Shown here: positions 53,807 to 62,029 of the stretch, in pieces
Numbering within the stretch: the stretch's first letter is position 1
How the letters are laid out: every line of letters starts with the position of its first letter
Assembly: GCA_002633005.1 (NCBI GenBank)
Contig: NMRA01000930.1
Span: forward strand, 33,858 to 95,886
Source: Phoronis australis
Lineage: Eukaryota > Animalia > Phoronida
Length of the DNA stretch: 62,029 nucleotides
Direction of reading: 5' to 3'
Notes under the pieces: generated by a model
What the model was told of the DNA's origin: nothing
The model's input: only the letters and a program-made list of their open reading frames with translations
The model's database searches: none
Translations under genes and position numbers: made by a program

Positions 53807-54489
53807 TGTCAGAATATAGACTGACGCTGTTGTTAATTGTATTGTTTTGTTTTGTTGTTCTGTTTAATTGACATAACCCCTGAGTTCAGTACAGTGTTTG
53901 TTTACTACAGTATAGTGTGGAAGTTTCTACAAGACTCTAGCTTGACAGTGATTAATGCAGTCTGGAATATTTTAGAGACTAGTATATGTTGATAGAATGA
54001 TTGGGTAGATTTTGGAAAGTTCTGGCATATGCTTGAATTGGTGAAGAGTTCTAGGATATTGCACAAGCAGGGGTGTGTATTAGTCAGTTAAGCAGTTAAC
54101 CAGTTGAACAGTTCAGAGGTCGTAGTAAAAACAGTTAGCAGTTAAAATTTACAAGAGAGTTACAATTGAGTTGCAGTGAAGAGAATTAGTAGTTACAGTG
54201 AGAGCCAATAGAGAACCAGCTATAGGGACAGCAGGTTATTTGAATCAATGAGTGTAACAGTTGCTGGAAGTGTCTCAGAAGTTTATCACAAGTCAAGGCT
54301 TCGCAGCACTGGCTGGAGCGTAGAACAGTCATTACGTCGCACGTTTTGTATGAGATGGCGTGTGAACGTACGGTCGAGATTAATAAAGTTATTAACTCGA
54401 ACGAGTCTTCAGTCTATCGTCGCACCGAAAGCTATTAGCTCCGGTTGATAACCAACTGCGCCAACCCAAACACGGGGAAAAACGTGACG
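53807..54489 (+). repeat. 3' LTR
   Basis: TGTCAGAATATAGACTGAC...GGGGAAAAACGTGACG, preceded by GACAGGGG. Confidence 0.88.
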
Positions 54490-55789
54490 TACAAGTTAGG
54501 CTGGGGGCGCGCATGTTCTTGTTTTCAATTTTTATTTGCATGTATGAATAGTATTAATCTGTTTTCAAATCAAAATACATCATTTTTACAATAATTTAGA
54601 TCAATATTGCTGCACTATACCGTTAGTTTTTATTTTTACATAAAACTGCTGAGAATTTCAAATTTTGTTGTGATATTCCGGAGCCTCAAATGGCTTAACT
54701 GATCAGCACCAACTTGAGGCTTGGAGACTAGGCTGATTGTCACTTATACATGTATTGTACGATGCCGCGGGTGCACAAGGTCAGCAATGTTGTCAAAGAA
54801 GTAAATACAGCAACCAAACGGGGATTGTTTAAGATCACCTGTAGTCCGCTTTCTTTTAGATTTTGATATTTGGATGTATGGAGATCCGTGGTGAAACAAA
54901 TGAAATGAGATATTAGAACGTGTAAAATGGACATATAATAAATAGATGGAAGTTCATAACCATCTTTAAAGCCCACCAGCACAGTTTCGGAGGTCGAATT
55001 CAAACTTAAGTTAAGCAACTTTGCATGGGAGAAACGGGTTGCAGAAGCAAATTTTCAACTCCACTTGATCTCTAGAACAGATGTGTAAACTCGTTCTACT
55101 TAACTTATTTTATGGAGAGAGCCCTAAAAAGGGTTATGCAAATAAACAAAAAATCATTCAAAGAGGAACCCCACCAAGGCACACACCTTTAGAACCGTTA
55201 GGGTCTGTGTCTAACACTCGCAATGTTCTCAGCTTTTCTATACTAGCATCTGGTTCCTGAAAACTGAATGCTCAGCAGCTACTTTCAATTGGTTAGCAAG
55301 TATTCTTCGGTTATCATGCTGTAAAAAATCAAATAGAGTCATGCTGGCGCGAAACCGGCAAATATAAACCAGACACTTGAGTTTATCTGTTCCTCGATTA
55401 CCACTGACGTCACTCAGTAGTCTACATAATAAAATATAAAGGTTGGACTATAAAAATTAGTTTGCTCAGAATTTTCTCAAATGTGCATGGAACTTAACAA
55501 AGTCAGCACTTTATCATATTAAACTGCCTTCGAGTGGGGATTTGCAAACAAAAATGTCGACACCCATCAAAGTTATTTTTGAAGTTCATGGCAGACGACC
55601 TTCGTACAGTATGGAAGCAATTCCGAAGCTAAGTTTTAGCCCGCCCACGAAAGCTAGTTGAGTGTCCTTTACATAATTCAAGTTTGGTATGAATGTGCTT
55701 AAACTCTGGGTTTGTAAAATAACCTTGTTTAAAACCGAAGAATCGCTATCAAAGGATTATTACAAAACCTAGCAGTTTCCGAGACGCCT

Positions 55790-56170
55790 CTGTGACAGGT
55801 TGAAAGAACATCACACCTCAGAGAAAAGTAACGTATATAGGCATTGTGTTAGCTACAATCACCAAGCCAACTCTGTTAGTATTATCTACAGAGAACCCAA
55901 TAAGGAGTTATTGCACATTAAAGAGTCATTGGCCATTCAGAACCAGCATGCCACTGATTCTCTGAATAACATGCAGAGCTCTGTAACCCTGCAGCTATGG
56001 TGATGACCAGCTACCGACCTTATTCTATGTATCTCTCACTTCACTGTATGGATGTTACCTGAGCTGTATGTTGGCACTTGTTGTCCTAAATTGTTGTAAA
56101 TATGATCCTGATGATGTCTAATGAAAAGACGAAACGTTGAATTGAACATGAACTTTTTTATTTGTGCGGC
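55790..56170 (+). mobile_element. Penelope-like retroelement 3' fragment (GIY-YIG endonuclease C-terminus)
   Basis: RLKEH...SNVYRHC...NH...IIYRE...IKESLAI...SLN is the typical Penelope endonuclease tail, and a hammerhead-like core follows. Confidence 0.75.
56104..56143 (+). ncRNA. Minimal type I hammerhead-ribozyme-like motif, probably degenerate
   Basis: CTGATGA (56108-56114), stem II GTCT/AGAC, GAAA (56131-56134) and palindromic AACGTT. Stem I pairing is only 2 bp. Confidence 0.55.
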
Positions 56171-59100
56171 GATTGTCCGGTTTTTAATCTAATTTCCTGC
56201 AACTAAATGTATGGTCTGACATCAGAAATCTCCACTAAAGTCAAGTGTTCGTTGCGTTTCAAACAAGAGTAGTCCACGAAGTCAAGATCAAACTCAAGAT
56301 AGGTTTTTGCATTTAAATTCTAAGTTACAAGTAAGTGATAAAATAAGCTTTAAATTGAAGCAATTTACACGTAAATAGAAGTAAATGGAATTTTTTTTTT
56401 TGATTTTGACGTAGGGTTTGCTTGCACAAACTCAATATTTTATCTTGGACAGGCGTACAAGTTAAAGCACAAGTAAAATCCGCCATGTTAACTATTAAGT
56501 CTCCTTGAATTCAGAGTTTTGTGTTTGCTTTGGAAATTCTGTAACCAATTCATCATTCACAACTTGGACAATTCAATGGGATCACGGAAAGAACGCTTCT
56601 GGTGTTTATGCAGGGATATTCCTGGATGCGCAGTAGTGTTATTAGTGCATACAGAAGGGCACAAATACATTGTAGTAGTGCTAGGCGCATCTTTTAAAAC
56701 GAGCTCTTCCAAAATGCAAGATTCTATTAGTCAACTTACAACCGTACAACTGAGCGGTAATGTATAGGTTGCAGATTTCATTAAAATGAGTGAACAAGCC
56801 GTTAACATTTTTTCAATTTTTGATCGTAAATTTTCATTCCTGTTTACAACTTTTACATGAACATCACTGTGTTCTAATTTTCAGTGCGCTTGAGGTTTCT
56901 TTTTTCACATATTACCACCAAGTCTGCCAGACACAACATTTTGAAAAAAGACACACTGTTTATCATCAGGGTCACCCAAAGGGAATAGGTTCAGATATGG
57001 TCAGAAGTATCCCCGTTTATGCAATACCAGTCTGAGGGAGGTGCAAACGGATTTTACTTGGATTTGGAACAGTTGAAACTGGGAACCTAGGCTTGGCAAA
57101 TTTTTAGTGTCCAACCTTTATGTTTCTTATTTGGTTTAACTTAACTTATGTGTCATCAGGAAATTCCTCAGCCTGTGTTGTAAATCACAGACATCCACAA
57201 CTTCTGATCGTCCTCAATACACTATAATACCAAAAGGCATGACGCTTGGAACTACGAATTCCAGAAGTGCTTCACTTCGCATCAAAAAAATCCCAAAAGC
57301 CGATGTCCGACCTTTTAGTATTATAGTGCATTCTGGACGATCACACTCAGAGGCTGGGGACGCCTGTGGTATAACTCAAAGACATCCTCGGCTTCTGAAC
57401 CTACCTAATACACTATAGAATATACCAGAAGGTATGACACTCATGTCTAAAAAAATTTCATGGGTGCTCCACTAATTCACTACAACCGTCCATATCAAAT
57501 GCAAAACTCATTAAATTTACACAAAACAGGTGTTCAGCAACCCACGAAAGATTGTTCTTTCTTCTGGGAGCATTTACAGTGTCCTGCTCTGGACAGCGAG
57601 TGATAAAAAATTCGCGGTCGAAACACAAAAATTCTGTCCAGAACCCAGATGCGTAGGCCTACAGTCAATGTCCGATGACTTACGGATGAACGGCAATTGC
57701 CGATTTATCACGGAAGGTTTCAGAATGGTCTGGATGAGTGTGGACTTATTAATATCGTGACCTTCTGCAACGAATCTGCAATTTCCATGCAGTACATTTA
57801 CGGTAAGTATTGGCTTTTCGGGTAGATTTTTGTGCTTTGATCGCAAATGTGTTGCGAACTCGCTGGAGTAGGTCACTATAAATGCTAGGCAATTTATTGC
57901 TTCGCCCTGGATGCTGAAGGCATTCAGGGGCGATAGTACATGTACATCCCCACAAAAAGTAACGAATTTGAAAATACAGCAAATAAAATCAAATGAAACA
58001 TGCATATGTGGTCATGGAGTTATAATTAGCATATACCATGAGTCTGGAGACGATTCAGTCAAAATAGTTTGAACAAATCGATAAAAATCTGTTACATTTT
58101 GCTCGAGTTTCTCTTCCCGGGTGCCATTTTGAGGAAGTTACGTGAAATCACGCATGTTGACGAAAAAGTCCAAGGGTGCCTTCGTAATTGCTATTAGAAG
58201 AAATAGCAATTACTCGTGGTTTGCTGGACCCGTCTTTTGAGTTTTGTGTTAGATGTGGTAGACTGAAATGAAGCAGTGGTGGAATTCCTAATCCCGCATG
58301 TCATATCTTGTAGTATATTGTAATTTGTATTGTTGGATTTGGAGACGATCAGAAGCTGAGGACGTCTGTGGAATAATTTGTATACTCTTACAGACATTGG
58401 CAAATTAAACAAAAAAGAAACCTACCATAAATCTGAAGTTCACTGCCAAAATCATTCACTATTCTGTCACACACGCTTGTTTCGAATTGTAGAAAACCTC
58501 TCAACGGCTCAAGTGTTCTCCAACGGAAATTTCAAAATGGCGGTTTTTAATGAGAGTCATCTGGTGGAATTTTTTTTTTAAAAAATAAAATCACAATGTA
58601 ATGCATCTGGTGGTAATTAAGTTTTCTTTCGTGAAAACTGAAAATTTTACCGTCACACATCTGAAGGTAATTTTTTTCAAAAAAACCTAGTGTTAAGTTA
58701 GTAAGCGTCCTCCTGTGGGCATGCGCAATGATGCCCACCCACGGATTTCCACTTTTCAGTATAGGTGACGCTGTGTCAGAGGGTAGCACTGTCCAACATT
58801 ACAAATAATAACATATTGTCATGTGCACACGGCCCTGTACTATAAAATTTCGAACGTGTGCATTTCACTCGTGCCTGCGTTCACCTTGTGGGGAAAGAAC
58901 AAAATTAAGAGTTCGTATACATTTCGTAACAATTGATAAAATTATTGGCATGATCATGTTAACAGACACTTTTAAATACTGCTCGTTTCTTAATTCAAAC
59001 GGGGAAAACAGGTCAAATAGCTGTAAAAAGAAGCTTTTTAAAAAATCACGCCTTCAGTTAGTGGTAGAATATGATACATGTACTATCTTTAATAACAAGT

Positions 59101-59497
59101 AACAGGACGATTTTGATGTATACACAAAACAAGTGATGAATTTAGGTTTCCGCAATGTTTTAACTGAATTAGTGTGAGAAGGGTGGCGACAATTTGTCGA
59201 CAAAAGTATGATGAAATAGGAATTGTCAGACAAATAGTGGGGAAAGCGAGGACAAAATCGGCCAACTTAATTCTAGATTAGTTTGTGTCGACTTTAACTA
59301 AAAATAATCACCCCAAATCACAATCAGGGAAAAGAAAGCCAGGTCCCAATTCAAGAGACATAATTTCGTCAAACTCTCGTCCGCCAAGAGTTTCCTCCTC
59401 CTGGACTTTTAGGGCCATTTTCTTAACTGAAATAAGAAGTCATTTTCAACAAACAACCACACTTTCTAAACAATTCGGGCAAGTCTTGTAAAATTGT

Positions 59498-60806
59498 AAC
59501 GAGAGCGCTCGGAGGAAGGACACTTGGCGGAATTAATCGAAAAGACAACGATGAGGGAGACGTCGACAATCATGACGATCAAGGCGGCAATTATGAATAA
59601 CACGATAACATTCATGTGACTAGCGAAGAAATCAAACAGAGAGACGGTCCAGTCTACAGTAGGACAGTGCTGGCTGGGTCAGTCTGGGTCAACTAGGCAT
59701 AACCAAAACAAAGTGAACTGAAAGTCAGCCAGCTGCGTCCTTGCATAGGTGACCGAAGTAACAACGGTATCCGAAAACCTGAATAATTCAAAAAGTAGAC
59801 GTCCTAGAAAATATCTTCTGAAAGCCCGTTCAAAGCTCTATCTAAAGTGGTAGTTTGGCAAACACGATAACATTCATGTGACTAATGAAGAAATCAAATA
59901 GAGAGCATACAATCAATTACAATAAAGAACAATAGATGGCGCAACATGACGGTCCAGTCTACACTAGGACGGTGCTGGCTGGGTCAGTCTGGGTCAACTA
60001 GGCATAACCAAAACAAAGTGAACTGAAAGCCAGCCAGCTGCGTGCTTGCATAGGTAACCGAATTGGAACAACGATATCAGTAAATCTCGAATAATTCAAA
60101 AAGTAGACGTCGTAGCGCAAAATGGAAAATATCTTCTGAAAGCCCGTTCAAAATTCTATCTAAACTGATGATACCGCCAAATTCCGTAAATTTTTCGAAA
60201 AAAAGGAAATTTTGCGTTTTTTTTAAGAAATTCAAAGTCAAATAACTCGAAAATGGTAAGTCTGAGAAAAAAATTGTTACAGACCATTTGAAAGAATATA
60301 CTTCAAAAAATCTACATGCAAAAAATCACGTCTTTCTCTTTCCGGTTTTTTGGCTTTGTATAATAGCATGTCATACGAAACTAATACCTGTAAAAATTCG
60401 AAGGAATTGGTCTTATAATGCGCCCTCTACATAAGAAAACGTTTTTAGGCCAAAATCGAGGTACGCATGCGCGATCGCCGATATTTCCGCCATCTTTAAC
60501 CGGAAGTTAACAATTTCCATTATACTTGTAGAAAACTTCCGGTCCATTTACTGTGCCGATTTTTAGCTTTTTACGTAAAAAAATGTAGCCTCCAGAAGCA
60601 TTTGAACCTTTAAATGGAAACAAAATGGCCGCCACAGCCGCCATCTTGGATCCGACTTTGACGAAAAACAATAGGCTTCCAGTACTTCCGGAAGTACGTG
60701 TTATGTTGAAATTTCGTGATGATCGGACGAAAATTGCGACCTGTATCGTGCGAACAAATAAATGACAAGTAAAAACTTAGTGACAGAGCAACATACTTGG
60801 CGAAAT
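59498..60806 (-). mobile_element. HINE family 2 copy with an internal duplication of about 260 bp
   Basis: Starts AACGAGAGCGCTCGGAGGAAGGACACTTGGCGG. The body matches 42050-42800 and 43200-44010. It ends CATACTTGGCGAAA without the closing inverted repeat. Confidence 0.7.
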
Positions 60807-60822
60807 TTATTATTATTTATTT

Positions 60823-60978
60823 GAGGCTTACAAGCTCATTGACACAGTAGTTGACAAAGGGCAAGCGTTGGGAACAAACATCGAAGATATCTGGGTAGAA
60901 TGGTTCAAATTCCAGGAAACCATTGGATCAGATATACAAATTCCTCGGCAGTCTAGACAACAGAAGGATAGGACTAAA
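60823..60978 (+). pseudogene. Possible hAT transposase (THAP12/ZMYM1-like) C-terminal fragment
   Basis: EAYKLIDTVVDKGQALGTNIEDIWVEWFK...IQIPRQSRQQKDRTK resembles the AY...WF...PR...RQ..R region of hAT transposases and ends at a GT donor. Confidence 0.45.
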
Positions 60979-61939
60979 GTATGAGTAACCGCTGGGGATT
61001 AAAATTTTAGAGAGAAGTTTTCGATTCAAATTTTTTTGCATGGTACACTTTAGGTCTCGCGACGGACCAGGCCAACATGATATGTGTAGATGTACATGAT
61101 ATGTGTAGATGTTGAGTTTCAGTGTACTTCTGGTCCCTCGGCGAAGTAGTCTTGTGATTTTTTTACCAAAGTGTGCTATTTATCTCAGCCTGTACTGTTT
61201 GGTTCCGCGACAGATCGACTATTTTTAGAGGGGTAATAAGCACAGGTGTACTCTTAGTCTCATGACGGACCAGGTCAGCTTTTTGTGTATTCTAAGTGTA
61301 CATCTGGTTCCTCTGCAAACTAGTCCAGTGTGTCTTTTCACCACTGTGCACAGGATGTTTTGGTTTCGTGAAACTGTTTTCAGATGGTTTGTTTACTGAT
61401 AGATTTGACGTTTTTAAATTGTTGTCAACGTGATTCAGCTTAATAAAGTGATACCTAATTATTTATTGTCGCTTTTAATAATAGACTATGAGTTGAGAGC
61501 ACCATCGTTCGCCAATTTTTCTCGTAACGAGACAGAACACATGCTTATTTCCGGACTAACAGTATAGGTCGTCGTTCTTAAACAACTTGAGGCTGCTGTT
61601 ACACGATCATCTGATATTCAAGTTTTTACGCCCCGTCGGTGCTCCTTATGCTCTTGAATATTTGGAAGTTGTCTAAACCCCTGTAGTGTATACACACCAC
61701 ACTTTTTCGTATACGACTTTTCGTATGCTAAAAAAGATGTGTGTAAGCAGATGTTCCAACAAAAATTTTTGCTGGTGGCGTGACTCATACCCAGATGTGC
61801 ACAATATGGTTTCACGGTCCTGTGACGAAATCGAGAAAGGTTTATAATTATCTTAAGAAAAACTCCAGAGACATGTTAAGTGCCAGAAACTTACAAGGAT
61901 GCGTGGACATTTCACTATTTGGCTACAAAGCAAAAAGGG

Positions 61940-62029
61940 TTTCCCCCTCCCGACCTCCCCCCGCTCGGCGCCACGCGACCTTGGCGGGAATCCTAAACCC
62001 CCCTTGCTGAAAACGTAGATCCGCCACTG
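61940..62029. mobile_element. MITE/hAT-like terminus (...GATCCGCCACTG)
   Basis: C-runs followed by GATCCGCCACTG. Related ends occur at about 1545-1579 (GGATCCGCCTCTG) and about 30765-30793. Confidence 0.45.

Larger units (their letters stand above)
49978..54489 (+). mobile_element. Ty3/Gypsy LTR retrotransposon, Gmr1-like (PR-INT-RT/RH order), decayed and RT-deleted
   Basis: Two LTRs of about 685 bp, a PBS, and a purine-rich tract before 53807. Internal remnants are gag CCHC, protease, integrase and then an RNase H tail. Confidence 0.9.
49721..54515. mobile_element. CATG-ended MITE split by the LTR element
   Basis: tactt|CATGGGCGCACCC at 49721 and GGGGGCGCGCATG|ttctt at 54515. The 5 bp flanks match at 4 of 5 positions. 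Confidence 0.6.

Noticed and set aside
56560-56675. Minus-strand THAP-like start MYLCPSVCTNN...PGISLHK
   Set aside because: Only the first half-motif is present; the FP, W and C-x-x-HF elements are absent, so it is too weak to call.

Overview
AT-rich, repeat-dense eukaryotic DNA. An invertebrate animal is likely, possibly a marine deuterostome; this is inferred from the Tie-like gene and the TE repertoire. The one clear host gene is a + strand spliced gene with six phase-1 exons (27458-48346) encoding a Tie/TEK-like ectodomain (Ig-Ig-EGF-EGF-EGF-EGF). No Ig3, FN3, transmembrane or kinase exon is visible, and a candidate Gly-Phe-stop exon at 48795 would make the product soluble. The rest is mostly decayed transposons: nested and tandem arrays of two Helentron/DINE-1-like (HINE) families, two inverted Sola3-like copies with facing TTAA-flanked ends, two piggyBac halves bracketing three gene exons, a Kolobok-like THAP element with two 5' ends, an RT-deleted Gmr1-type Gypsy element nested in a MITE, a Penelope 3' end with a hammerhead-like core, and LINE/hAT fragments. 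I see no demonstrably new biological system. The best leads are the possibly secreted Tie-like protein, the piggyBac-bracketed exons and the HINE array architecture. All family assignments come from motif recognition by eye, not database searches.
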